Part shown: in pieces, positions 8,944 to 18,674 of the stretch
Numbering within the stretch: position 1 is the stretch's first letter
Layout: every line of letters starts with the position of its first letter
From: Armatimonadia bacterium
Lineage (GTDB): Bacteria > Armatimonadota > Zipacnadia > Zipacnadales > UBA11051
Direction of reading: 5' to 3'
DNA: 54,608 nt
NCBI GenBank assembly: GCA_039683575.1
Contig: JBDKRC010000110.1
Span: 1 to 54,608 of the forward strand
Translations under genes and position numbers: made by a program
Notes under the pieces: model-generated
Database searches by the model: none
Seen by the model: the letters and a program-made list of their open reading frames with translations, nothing else
What the model was told of the DNA's origin: nothing

Positions 8944-11219
8944 TACTCGGTCTCCACTGCGGGGAAGATCAGAGTCACGCCGTTAGACATCAGGCACCTG
9001 ACCCAGTACCCCGCCCATGGCTCAAGCGTATCCTTGAGCTCATAGCCCGCTGTCTGGCTGTAGCTATAGAGCGTGTCCTGCATGTAGCGCTGGTTGACGG
9101 CCTCACTCCATGAGACTGGTTCGTTCGCGCCAAAGCGGACCTTCACGTCGGAGAGAGGGACCGAGGTCAGGCGCGGGTTGCCCAGCAGGTTCCAACCGGC
9201 CCCCAGCGGCACTTCGTAAGTGGTCGCGGGATCGGTCTGCAGGCCCGTGAAACTCACGGTGGTGTCAGACGGGACGCGCCACCAGTAGGCATTGCCGGGG
9301 GTGTGGAAGCGGAAGGAGGGCCATAGCTTGTACTTGCTATCGCCGGGTGAAAGGGCATCCCACCAGGCCAGCAGCAACTCACCCATGGGCACTCCGAGCA
9401 CCACCGAGGCATCGGTCTCGAGGGGCTGCGCGGGCAGCGACATCAGGTGCAGGCCGTTTTGGCCGTAAGTGAAGGTGTGGCTGGCCTCCACCTGGTTTCC
9501 GGTGTTGAGGAAGCAGACGTAGGAGTCCCAGCCGATGTTGACGAGCCGGGTCTGCTTCTGGTTGGAGGAACTGGTGTAGGTAACGGCGACCTGCATGGGC
9601 CGGAGTGCGGCGGTGGTCACGCGACTGCCGAAGACACCGCGGCTCACAGCGAGGCCGGTGATGCCGTTGCCACCCGTGACGTCAATCGTGCCGGTCTGGC
9701 CGCCGACGATGGCGCCGTAGAAGTTGTTCTCACCAAGCTCGAAGCCGCGCAGGCCATAGGGGTATGGGTAGTAGCGACGCAGGTCGTTGACGTCAATCTG
9801 CACCGTCATCCGCTGCGCGCCGCCGATGGTGTAGAAGGTGGGCACCAGGAAACCCTCGCCGGGGGTGCTACCTCCGGCAGGGATGGTGATGATGTTGCCC
9901 TCTTCCGCGTACTGGTCGATTGTATAGGTATCATCCCAGTAGTGGGTTTCAGCCGTCCCGCCGAGCGGGGTCTCATCGCCGGTGGCGGTGGTCTGGTAGA
10001 GTTCGGTGATGAGCATCACCGAGTCGGGCAGGGGGATGTTCCAGGTATAGAGCTTCTGGCTGACGCGGATGCTGGTGTCGAGCACGTATTGCTGCTGATA
10101 CCACTCCGCGAAGGGGATGCCCTCTACCTTTGGCACGACCTGGGCAACGATCTCCTTGAGGGTGGGGATGTCGCCGGCGAGGTCGGTGGTGTACCGGGCA
10201 TAGTAGCGCTGGTTGACTTCGGAGAAGAAGGTGGGCTTCTCGATCCAGCACTTGAGCCAGGCGGCCCGGGCCATGGCGATCCGCCAGACCATCATGTTCG
10301 TGGAGCCGGAGGCCGGGTAGAAGGTGCTGTTGCCCAGTTCGGGCTGGTTCTCGGCCTCGTAGACCGAGAGGCAGTAGAAGGGGCCGGGATCGATCGGATC
10401 GTAGCCGGGGGAGATGCCTGACTGGGTCTGGATGGCATAGGCAGCCGCGCCGATGAAGCCCTGCTCCCACGCGTCGTAGTAGAAGATCGCGTCATCGTGG
10501 AAGGCGTTGAGCACGAGCATGAGGAGGATGTAGGTGTCTTCCGGGAAGTTGCCCGTGAGCGCCGGCATCCGGATCTCGTTGTTGGCCGCGTCGTAGATGC
10601 CGCCCTGGATACTGTCGATGGTGGTATCCTGGATGATCTTGACGGTCATGTTGAAGGCCGGGGGGCCGTAGATGGACTTGGCCTTGGGGTAGGCAGTGTT
10701 GAGGTAGGCCTGCAGGGCGGTGGCGTCGGCGGTGCTCCAGCCCTGGAACTCAAAGGTGAGGTTGTTGCCGGCGTCGCCAACTCGGGCCCTGGTCTGCCGG
10801 GTGGTGAGGAGGTTCGGCTGCGTCATTGCGCCAGCGCCGTTTACCTCCACGAGGGTCCTGGGGAAGCGGACAGAGCCGGCGTGCCTGGTGGGCCGGTACT
10901 TGAGCATGCGGCGGTAGCTGGAAGCGGCTCGCCGGAGCCTGTTGGGGTGGTGCTGGGCAAGGAGGGCCTTGCGCCGGGTGGTGCTTCGGTACGCGGTGCT
11001 CTTCTGGTGCGTCATGACGATTGCGCCGAGGGGGCCATTGGCCCTGGTCGCAAAGCGGCGGTTGACGGTGTTCTTGAAGGCAAAGCTGGCGCTGCAGCTC
11101 ATGAACACGAGGCCGACGAGGACCGCCGGTAGCCAGGCGCAGCGGCGGCGCGGGGGGGAAGCAAAGCAGAGGCTGCCTTGCAGCCCACCTTTCCTGTCAC
11201 TGCCGATAGACTTGCTCAT
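8943..11219 (-). CDS. Secreted protein of unknown function (possible degenerate zincin domain; C-terminal GWNLLGNP-type beta domain)
   Basis: 758-aa ORF with a hydrophobic signal-like segment, host-like codon usage, tightly packed in the operon. Confidence 0.7.
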   Translation of the reverse strand: MSKSIGSDRKGGLQGSLCFASPPRRRCAWLPAVLVGLVFMSCSASFAFKNTVNRRFATRANGPLGAIVMTHQKSTAYRSTTRRKALLAQHHPNRLRRAASSYRRMLKYRPTRHAGSVRFPRTLVEVNGAGAMTQPNLLTTRQTRARVGDAGNNLTFEFQGWSTADATALQAYLNTAYPKAKSIYGPPAFNMTVKIIQDTTIDSIQGGIYDAANNEIRMPALTGNFPEDTYILLMLVLNAFHDDAIFYYDAWEQGFIGAAAYAIQTQSGISPGYDPIDPGPFYCLSVYEAENQPELGNSTFYPASGSTNMMVWRIAMARAAWLKCWIEKPTFFSEVNQRYYARYTTDLAGDIPTLKEIVAQVVPKVEGIPFAEWYQQQYVLDTSIRVSQKLYTWNIPLPDSVMLITELYQTTATGDETPLGGTAETHYWDDTYTIDQYAEEGNIITIPAGGSTPGEGFLVPTFYTIGGAQRMTVQIDVNDLRRYYPYPYGLRGFELGENNFYGAIVGGQTGTIDVTGGNGITGLAVSRGVFGSRVTTAALRPMQVAVTYTSSSNQKQTRLVNIGWDSYVCFLNTGNQVEASHTFTYGQNGLHLMSLPAQPLETDASVVLGVPMGELLLAWWDALSPGDSKYKLWPSFRFHTPGNAYWWRVPSDTTVSFTGLQTDPATTYEVPLGAGWNLLGNPRLTSVPLSDVKVRFGANEPVSWSEAVNQRYMQDTLYSYSQTAGYELKDTLEPWAGYWVRCLMSNGVTLIFPAVETE

Positions 11220-11225
11220 GTTGCT

Positions 11226-14200
11226 CTACCACCAAATCGAATTCAGGTCGTCGAGACTGTACCAGTCTTCGATCTCCTGCGTACCCTCGCCGCCGGGCTG
11301 CATGTTGAGCGGAGGCGCGTTGAGGTCATCAAGGCCGTCGCCACTGCGTCGTTGCCGGCCGCTGACGTCTCCAAGACCGCTGGAGAAGTCGCCGGTGTCG
11401 CCAGCGTAGCCCGAGCCAAACGTGCTGTAGCCCTGCGGCCGCTCGCCATAGTCCATGCCCCAGGCACTGCCGCTGCCATAGGTTGAGTTGGAACCGCTAC
11501 CGAAGGGGCTGGAGAAGCCGCTGCCCGTGTTGGCGTTTCCGAAAACACTCATGTTGGCGAAGTTCGAGCCTGTGCCATAGTACTGGCTGCTATTGCCGAA
11601 GGCCCCGGAGCCGGCCCGGTAGCCTCCAAAGTTGCTCATGGAACTCCCGCTTGACCCCCATGAGCTGCCACCGCCGTTGCCCATGCCGCTATTGAACTGG
11701 GTTGTGAAGGTGAGGGCGAAGGTATTGGCGATGTAGTTCTGATTTGTGGGAACGAGGCTGGTGTTGCCTAGGCGGGGGTCATCTTCGCCGCCGGAGATAT
11801 TGCGCGCCATCCGGTAGCTGAAGGCGAGACGGGCCAGGTTGCTGATCTCGCGCTCATAGCCGACCTCAAGCTGCTGGCGGTTGAAGTTGGAGTAGCCGCC
11901 AGCGTAGTCGGAGAGCTGCCCGGTAAGCTGCAGGCGGGATTTGTCACTGAGGGTGTAAGACAGCCGCGCAGTCGTGTCGGTCATGTTGTTTTGGACAATC
12001 CGCATCGTCTGCGAACTGCCGTAGCCAGTGTAGGTGGGGCTTTGGCCATCCATCTTGCTCATGCTGAGTGACAGTCCCCACGGGCTGTTGGGCTTTTGGA
12101 AGTTCGCCCCGATACCCAGAGTCTTGTTGGTAACCGCCCCGCGGCCCTCCTCCAGGTACTGCATCTTGTCATCGGTCAAGTTCAGGTTCAGTGACAGCGC
12201 GTCACTGAGCTGGTAGTTGGCCGCCATGGTGCGGGTTGTCTGGTCACTGTCGGCAAGATAACCAACGGTGCCGCCGCTGGTGTAATTCCGCTTTGTGAGC
12301 GAGAAGTCAAAAGACAGCCTCTGCGCTGGTGTGTAGCGGATGCTCATCTTGGAACTGGAGTCGTTGTAGCGATTTTCGGTGGTTTCATCATCATCGCCGT
12401 CGCCGATCCCGTCGCCATCGCCGATACCCCTGGTACCCATGTAGAGGCCGTGGAAATACAGGGGACCGGTGTACAAGCCGTTGGCATACGGGTTGTTGTA
12501 CAGGCCGTTGGCATACAAACCGCTGGTATAGTAGGTACTGCTGGTGACACTCCCGAGCGAACTCGTGTTGGTGCGGTCGTAGTTGAGGTCCAGCTTCCGC
12601 GTGGGGGCCCAGTGGATCGAGAGCTGGTCGGAGTTGGAGGACGAGCTATTGGTCGTGCCGATGGCGTCCGAGGAATTCCGGCCGCGGCTGTAGGAGACTG
12701 ACATCTTGTCACTGGGCCGGTAGCTGGCCGCCCACTGGAACTGGTCGGTAGTGCTCCCACTGGAAGTGTTAGTCGACGACGTTGACACGTAGCTCTGGTC
12801 GGTGCGGTAGAGGTTAGCCGTGAGGGTGAACGGCTTGCCCTGTGGCGACCAGTTCATACTGAGGTTGTTACTGGTGTAACTGCTGTCTGAGGTACCGCCG
12901 ATGTTCGCCAGTTGCTGCCGCTGTAAGCTCAGGGTGGGCCAGTTCGGGAAATCCAGACGCACTTCGTAATCATTGCGGGTGCTGTGAATGCCGAGACCGG
13001 ACGTGGTGCCGGTGTCTGTCTGGCTGGTGTAGTAGTTGTTGGAGCCGGTACCGCTGTACCCGAAGGAATAGCCCTGGTTGGTTTTGACATCCGACCGGCG
13101 GACGTAGAGCGCCACGTGGTCCATGGGCGTGTAGTTGAGCCCGAGGTCAAGCCCCTTCTCCTGGCTGTAGAAGCCAACGGAGTCGAGGTAGGAGAAATTC
13201 GGCGAGATGTCCCGGAATTCGCCCACGAAGCGCATCTTGTCGGCGTTGTAGTTGAGATTGAGCCGCAGAGCGTCACCCGAAGTCGAGGCGACGCCAGTGT
13301 CGCTCTTGCCCCACTCAGCCTGCACGTCCATCTGCTTGTTGATATGGTAGACAAGGTCCAGGCCGGTGATGTTGTTGTCCGTAGTGGTTGAGGTGGAACT
13401 GAGATCGTAGTAGTAGCGGATTACCACGAGTGAAGTCGGGGGAACGGAGCGTCGGAAGAGGATGCGGCCGATGGTGCGATAGGAATCGTAGTCTACACCC
13501 TCGGCCTGCTCGACGTTATCCACGAGCACGAGCAGAGCCTGCTGAATGGTCTGCTGGCGTCCCTGGTAGACTACACTGGTGCCGTTGGCGATGATTGGGC
13601 GGTAGTTGACATCAAAGGGTCCCGTAGAGCCGGAGCCGTTGAAGATGTCTTCCTGGTAGCCAACGGTGTCGCCGCTGCCGCCACCGCGGTCCTGCTTTAG
13701 CATCGTCACGCCAACTTGCAGGCGGTCGTTCATCAAGGGCATGAGCAGACGGGCGCCGGACATCGTGCCCTGACTGTCATTGGCCTGAGACTGGTAGCTG
13801 ACGATGATGGTCGAAGTGTCGGGGATGATCTTGGCGGGACTGCCGGTGACCTCAAAATAGAGCTGACCGGTGTCATAGTCGAGGCGGTAATCAACACCGA
13901 AGCGCTGAACCTCCTCGTTGACCTTGACCACCTCAGTGCCCTGCATGATGGGGGTATAGGTCAAGAAGAACGGCCCGCTGGTGTTGTTGCCCTGGATGGT
14001 CTGCGTCCGGGTGATGGCCTTCTCCTTGGAATAGAAGGCGCGCATCAGCCCCTTGCCGACTTTCTGATCAAGCTGCCAGCCCTCCACCGCCTTGGAGAAG
14101 GTGGCGAACTGGTTGCCAGACAGGTCTACGTTGAGATCGCCATAGTACAGCGCCGTGTCATTGCCTACATAGCCCATGATCCAACTGGAATAGCTCTGGC

Positions 14201-14552
14201 CATAGCCGCTGGACGAGAAGTCGGCCTTGAAGGAGAGCTCCTTCCAGATGGGGCCCTCAAAACCGAGGGTGGTGCGACGCACGATGGGGTCGGTGTCCCA
14301 GCGCTGGCCCTCATAGGCCGAGCTTGAGCCCTGCACCACGTTCTGCTGCAGCGTGAGCTCGTTGCTACCGGTGATCTGCAGGCCCTGAAACAGACCCCAG
14401 TCCTTGAACACACGGCGGATGCTGGAGGTGACGCTGGCAGAAGCCGGAACGGCTGTCAGAGCACAGACAGCCGCCAGCAGCAGGACGGTTGGGATCCGGT
14501 GGGTAGACAAATTCGACGCTCGCGCTGTGGAGTGTCCGCTTTGGACTGGCAT
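11226..14552 (-). CDS. Large putative outer-membrane beta-barrel protein with SprA-like GVDY motifs
   Basis: Signal peptide; long run of amphipathic strands ending in Y-x-P or Y-x-L; two V(N/D)...GVDY..Y..G.(L/I).F motifs; Gly/Ser-rich tail. Confidence 0.7.
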   Translation of the reverse strand: MPVQSGHSTARASNLSTHRIPTVLLLAAVCALTAVPASASVTSSIRRVFKDWGLFQGLQITGSNELTLQQNVVQGSSSAYEGQRWDTDPIVRRTTLGFEGPIWKELSFKADFSSSGYGQSYSSWIMGYVGNDTALYYGDLNVDLSGNQFATFSKAVEGWQLDQKVGKGLMRAFYSKEKAITRTQTIQGNNTSGPFFLTYTPIMQGTEVVKVNEEVQRFGVDYRLDYDTGQLYFEVTGSPAKIIPDTSTIIVSYQSQANDSQGTMSGARLLMPLMNDRLQVGVTMLKQDRGGGSGDTVGYQEDIFNGSGSTGPFDVNYRPIIANGTSVVYQGRQQTIQQALLVLVDNVEQAEGVDYDSYRTIGRILFRRSVPPTSLVVIRYYYDLSSTSTTTDNNITGLDLVYHINKQMDVQAEWGKSDTGVASTSGDALRLNLNYNADKMRFVGEFRDISPNFSYLDSVGFYSQEKGLDLGLNYTPMDHVALYVRRSDVKTNQGYSFGYSGTGSNNYYTSQTDTGTTSGLGIHSTRNDYEVRLDFPNWPTLSLQRQQLANIGGTSDSSYTSNNLSMNWSPQGKPFTLTANLYRTDQSYVSTSSTNTSSGSTTDQFQWAASYRPSDKMSVSYSRGRNSSDAIGTTNSSSSNSDQLSIHWAPTRKLDLNYDRTNTSSLGSVTSSTYYTSGLYANGLYNNPYANGLYTGPLYFHGLYMGTRGIGDGDGIGDGDDDETTENRYNDSSSKMSIRYTPAQRLSFDFSLTKRNYTSGGTVGYLADSDQTTRTMAANYQLSDALSLNLNLTDDKMQYLEEGRGAVTNKTLGIGANFQKPNSPWGLSLSMSKMDGQSPTYTGYGSSQTMRIVQNNMTDTTARLSYTLSDKSRLQLTGQLSDYAGGYSNFNRQQLEVGYEREISNLARLAFSYRMARNISGGEDDPRLGNTSLVPTNQNYIANTFALTFTTQFNSGMGNGGGSSWGSSGSSMSNFGGYRAGSGAFGNSSQYYGTGSNFANMSVFGNANTGSGFSSPFGSGSNSTYGSGSAWGMDYGERPQGYSTFGSGYAGDTGDFSSGLGDVSGRQRRSGDGLDDLNAPPLNMQPGGEGTQEIEDWYSLDDLNSIWW

Positions 14553-14602
14553 CTTCTACTAAAGGTTCCGCAAGGCAGGGATCAGGGTTCAGGGGTCAAG
14601 GA

Positions 14603-15913
14603 TCAGACCTTCCAGACCTCTCGGGCGAGGCGGGAGGTCGCCTCTACTATCTTGTAGCCGGCGTACGGCTCCAAGCGTGCCCAGTGAATCGCCGAGCCCG
14701 AGTAGCCTCCGCCCATCAGCCCCGGAATCGTCGGGCAATAGCCCGTGAAGCCGTCGGCCAGTTGGGCAATGGCTGTCACCGCTGCGGGAGAGCGCCGCCG
14801 GATATCGTGGCCGAATTGGCAGTATAGCTCGCAGGGGTTGGTGAGGGCCAGGTAGTCGCCGACGCGCAGGGCGTGCAGGCGAATCTTCTCCACCGGGTTG
14901 GCGGCAAATTCCCGCTGCAGTCTCAGCACACCGGCCTCCGCGAGTATCCACGGCCCGCGCCCCGCCTCGTCAGGGCCGAGGGCGGCGATTCGCTGGGCCT
15001 CGGCCAGTTCTTCCGCCGAGGGCAGACGAACCGCCAGCGTTAGCTCCTGCATGGCATGCCGCAGGATTGGGTCGTCCACCGGGCGTGTCAACCGCACCAG
15101 CCGCAGAGTCTCGCCCGCCAGCAGCGCGCCCACCTCGTGCAGGCGCTGCTCGCCATTCCAGCGGCGGACGGGGCCGAGCTCGTTCCAGGGCGAGGTATCG
15201 CCACTGGCGCCTTGAAGGTAGAGCACGGGCAGGTCTGCGCCGAGGGTGTCACGCACCAGCCGCCGGGCCTCGCCGGGGAAGTCCGCGGAGGCGAAGAGGG
15301 CTTGCTCGACGCAGGTGGCATGGCAGCAGTTGGCGTGGACGATGGCCAGGTATTGCCCGTCTTCGTCTACCGCGAAGAGCACGGTGTGAGTAGGGTCATC
15401 CGGACCCTCAAGGCCGGTGAAATCCTCACGCATGGCGTCGCCATACATGCTGTGGGAGCCGTCGGCCCAGCACAGGCGGCGGTTGAAGCCAATATGAGCC
15501 CGTCCCTGCGCCGAGCCGAGGCGGGCGGGACGGGCACTCTCCACTGCCTGGAGGGTCACGCCTGCGAGCCAGCCCTTGAGCCGCTCGAGGTAGGGCTCGT
15601 TCTTGACCGAGTCCGGGAGCAATCCCAGCGTGTCCGGGGCGTCATGGGTGTGGGTGCTGGTGATGATGATCTGGGTTCGGGGCACCCCTGTCGCGGCCTC
15701 GATGGTGTCCAGTAGCTGGTCCAGGTAAGCCGCCTCGAACAGGCCCGCCAGGTCAAGGCTGAGCAGCAACACCTGCAGACCGTCGTGGGCGAGATAGAGT
15801 ACGTTGGCCTCGAGGTCATCGCGAACCCGCTCACACAGCCTCCGGTGAAGCTGTCCGGCCAGGTCGTCACCGATCTCAGGATTGATGGTGCAACGGGCGC
15901 TGCCTGCTAACAT
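14603..15913 (-). CDS. Neutral/alkaline ceramidase-like hydrolase
   Basis: STHTHDAP, FNRR, CCHAT, SADFPG, LQGASGD, GYCPT. AGGAG RBS upstream of ATG 15913. Confidence 0.8.
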   Translation of the reverse strand: MLAGSARCTINPEIGDDLAGQLHRRLCERVRDDLEANVLYLAHDGLQVLLLSLDLAGLFEAAYLDQLLDTIEAATGVPRTQIIITSTHTHDAPDTLGLLPDSVKNEPYLERLKGWLAGVTLQAVESARPARLGSAQGRAHIGFNRRLCWADGSHSMYGDAMREDFTGLEGPDDPTHTVLFAVDEDGQYLAIVHANCCHATCVEQALFASADFPGEARRLVRDTLGADLPVLYLQGASGDTSPWNELGPVRRWNGEQRLHEVGALLAGETLRLVRLTRPVDDPILRHAMQELTLAVRLPSAEELAEAQRIAALGPDEAGRGPWILAEAGVLRLQREFAANPVEKIRLHALRVGDYLALTNPCELYCQFGHDIRRRSPAAVTAIAQLADGFTGYCPTIPGLMGGGYSGSAIHWARLEPYAGYKIVEATSRLAREVWKV

Positions 15914-16128
15914 GGTGATTGCTCCTGTCTCGATGCTGCCGGTACTGCCCCCAACCTTGCCAGGCCAGGACGGAATCCACGCCCGCAGCGGGTACTCCCC
16001 GGTCTCCGGACGTGTTGGCAGATCGTCAGTGTTAGCTTCCCCGAATGTCTCGTGTATCCTCCACATCGCCCTGAACTGGAGGCCTTCGCTGTGCCAAAGG
16101 CGAACCTCACAGGCTGGAGGCTACCTCG

Positions 16129-17898
16129 ATGCCCGCCACCGCTGCCATCTACTTTGATCGCGATCTGCAGGCTTCCGCCAACGCGGGCGGCCGCAACTAC
16201 TGGCATGTGTACACGCGCGAACTGTGCGCGCAGATGGGGCTGACCACGGTGGACGTGACGCGGAGCAAGCTACGGGCGGGGGACCTGGGTGCGGCGCGGG
16301 TACTGATCCTGCCTGACCTGACGCCACAGTACCTGCGGCCAGAGGAGAAGGACACGCTGCGGCAGTGGGTTGAGCAGGGCGGCCTCTTGATCGGGTTTGC
16401 CACCGGCGGGCTGGGGGAGTTGTTCGGTGTCAAAGTCGAGGATACGCTGCCCCAGCCTGACGATGCCTTCACTCCGGCGGCGGCTATTCGCTACAAGGAT
16501 GCGGAGCTCGCGCGGCCGCTGCTGCCTGCAGGCGAAGAGGATACGCCGATCCCGGTCATTTCGCCGGTGAAGCTGCTGGGGCAGGTGCAGGGACGGGAGC
16601 TGGCAGGGCTGCTAAACCTGTACGGGCGGGATCTGAGGCGCCCGGCGGTGACGCTGCGTGAGGTGGGCCGGGGCAGGGCGGTATACTTCTGTTTCAATGT
16701 CGCGCAGACGGCGTGGGCGCTGCACCATGGGCGGCCGGTACTTGAGGACTACGATGGCGACGGGAAGCTCCGAATGTCGGATGCGATGGTGACCCGGCCC
16801 TTCCCTACGGACCTGCCGTATGCGGATATGCTGCTGTACCTGCTGCGCAACCTGATCGCCCGGCAGGGGCTGCCGCTAGTTCATGCGCTGCCGCCGACGG
16901 ATGAGGGGGAGGTGCCGGACGCGCTGTTCTTCTACGGCGGCGATGACGAGGGCATCCCCACCCAACAGGTGGCGTCGTCGGAGATCATGCGGGAGCTGGG
17001 CTTGCCCTACCATATCAACATCATGCCGGACCCGGAGGGCAATTTCGGCCTGAGTAAGACGGAGTTTGAGCAGATCAAGGCCAACGGGCACGAGCCGTCG
17101 CTGCATTTCAACTTCATCGCCGGAATCGAGCACCCGTACGCGTTCAACCGCGCGGACATTCAGCGGGTGGTGAACTGGTACCGGAAGGCGTTTGGGGAGA
17201 CGCCGGTGTGTACGGTATTCCACTGGGTCACGTGGTGCGGCTGGACTGAGCCGGCGGAATGGCTGGCGGGGGCGGGGATACTGGCGGACAACTCGCGCTT
17301 CCCGCGGTACTTCCCGCCTAGCAACCCGGTGAACCACGTCGGGTTTGCCTTCGGCACGGCGATGCCGTTCTTTCATTACAGCGACTGGCGCAAGGAGAAT
17401 GACCGCATCCGCTGCCTGGGCATACCCATCACCGGCTACGAGGTCGGGTATGAGAAGGGGCGGGTGGACCTGACGCAGTTCCGGCGGGCGGTGGACCTGG
17501 CGCGCTTTTGGCACATTCCAATGAATCTGTTTTACCACCCCTTCTATCTAGTGACGCATCCGGAAAGCGTGGAGGGCCTGCGGCAGGGATTGCAGTATAT
17601 GGACGAGATTGGCCTGCGCGCCCTGCACTACGGGCCGGACCGGGTCACGAAGTGGTGGCTGGCGCGGAGTGAGGCGCGGGTGGAGGAAGTGGAGATTGCG
17701 CCGGAGGGGACCAGTTTCAGCGTTCAGTGCCAGTGGGAGAGCGGGTGCGTCGTCCAGAAGATGATAGGGGCAGAGGAGCCGCGGGTGCTGGTGGACGGGC
17801 AGTCAGTGGAGGCCGTTGTGCGCGAAGAGCACGGGGCGCGGTGGCTGTTTGTGGCAGTGCCGCAGGGCGCCCATGACCTGGAAATAGGGATCAACTAA
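16129..17898 (+). CDS. Protein with a class-I GATase-like N-terminal domain and a NodB/polysaccharide-deacetylase-like barrel
   Basis: LILPD..LRQWVEQGGLLI (trimerisation/GAT-like); GDDEG, GHEPSLH, LFYHP (deacetylase-like); GGAGG RBS. Confidence 0.6.
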   Translation: MPATAAIYFDRDLQASANAGGRNYWHVYTRELCAQMGLTTVDVTRSKLRAGDLGAARVLILPDLTPQYLRPEEKDTLRQWVEQGGLLIGFATGGLGELFGVKVEDTLPQPDDAFTPAAAIRYKDAELARPLLPAGEEDTPIPVISPVKLLGQVQGRELAGLLNLYGRDLRRPAVTLREVGRGRAVYFCFNVAQTAWALHHGRPVLEDYDGDGKLRMSDAMVTRPFPTDLPYADMLLYLLRNLIARQGLPLVHALPPTDEGEVPDALFFYGGDDEGIPTQQVASSEIMRELGLPYHINIMPDPEGNFGLSKTEFEQIKANGHEPSLHFNFIAGIEHPYAFNRADIQRVVNWYRKAFGETPVCTVFHWVTWCGWTEPAEWLAGAGILADNSRFPRYFPPSNPVNHVGFAFGTAMPFFHYSDWRKENDRIRCLGIPITGYEVGYEKGRVDLTQFRRAVDLARFWHIPMNLFYHPFYLVTHPESVEGLRQGLQYMDEIGLRALHYGPDRVTKWWLARSEARVEEVEIAPEGTSFSVQCQWESGCVVQKMIGAEEPRVLVDGQSVEAVVREEHGARWLFVAVPQGAHDLEIGIN

Positions 17899-17910
17899 AG
17901 GAATAGCAGC

Positions 17911-18513
17911 ATGAGCAATCGCGATGCCATCATTGGCCGAGTGTGCCGGGCCAAACCGTCTGGTGAGGGGCTGGCGCTTCCGGAGCAGGTGCCACCGGCA
18001 GCCGGACAGGACCTGCTGGCGGTGTTTGCGCGGGAACTGGAGGCGCTGCAGGGGGAACTGATCCGGGCCGCCACCATGGGCGAGGCCCGGGAGCAGTTGG
18101 CGCGGCTGGTTCCGCCGGATGGCCGACCGTGGTTTGTGGCGGAGCGGCCGCTGGCGGGGGAGCTTGCTGAGGGCCTGGCGGTCGAGCGGGCGGACCAGGC
18201 GCGGCTGGCGGAGTGTCAGGCCTCGGTGACGCAGGCGGAGTATGTGATCGCGGACACCGCGACGGTGGGCTTGCGGCTGGACGCCACGCAGCCCCGCGCG
18301 TGCCATCTGCTGGCTGAGGTGCATGTGGTGGTCGCGCCGCTGGAGGGCATGCTAACGACGCTGGCGGAAGCGCTGGTGGACCTGGAGCGGCGGGGCGAAC
18401 TGCCGACGGCGTTTGTGTTCGTCACCGGCCCGAGCCGGACAGCGGACATCGAGAAGACGCTGGTCATCCCGGCGCATGGGCCGAAACGGCTGGTGGTGGT
18501 GCTGGTCGGGTAG
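17911..18513 (+). CDS. LutC/YkgG (LUD domain) protein
   Basis: VTGPSRTADIE..LVIPAHGP signature. Confidence 0.88.
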   Translation: MSNRDAIIGRVCRAKPSGEGLALPEQVPPAAGQDLLAVFARELEALQGELIRAATMGEAREQLARLVPPDGRPWFVAERPLAGELAEGLAVERADQARLAECQASVTQAEYVIADTATVGLRLDATQPRACHLLAEVHVVVAPLEGMLTTLAEALVDLERRGELPTAFVFVTGPSRTADIEKTLVIPAHGPKRLVVVLVG

Positions 18514-18647
18514 TGGCTGGGTTCGACAAACCGGAATAGTGGTCGTCTTCCCGCCCGGCTGGAAGCCGGGCTCTAGCGGCGTCATCTCGCGTGGCGACCG
18601 CGCGGCGGTCGCATGGATGCCGCTCGTACGGCTTGGGTTCCCGTTGC

Positions 18648-18674
18648 GGTCGCGCTCAGGGGAGCGCTCCTACC
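18648..18674 (-). repeat. GTAG-type REP, family A
   Basis: Reverse complement GGTAGGAGCGCTCCCCTGAGCGCGACC; 23 bp are identical to 105-127. Confidence 0.85.

Noticed and set aside
18500..18580. tRNA suggested by GGTTCGA
   Set aside because: No cloverleaf or acceptor stem; the nearby CCCGGC-TGGAA-GCCGGG is only a single REP-like hairpin
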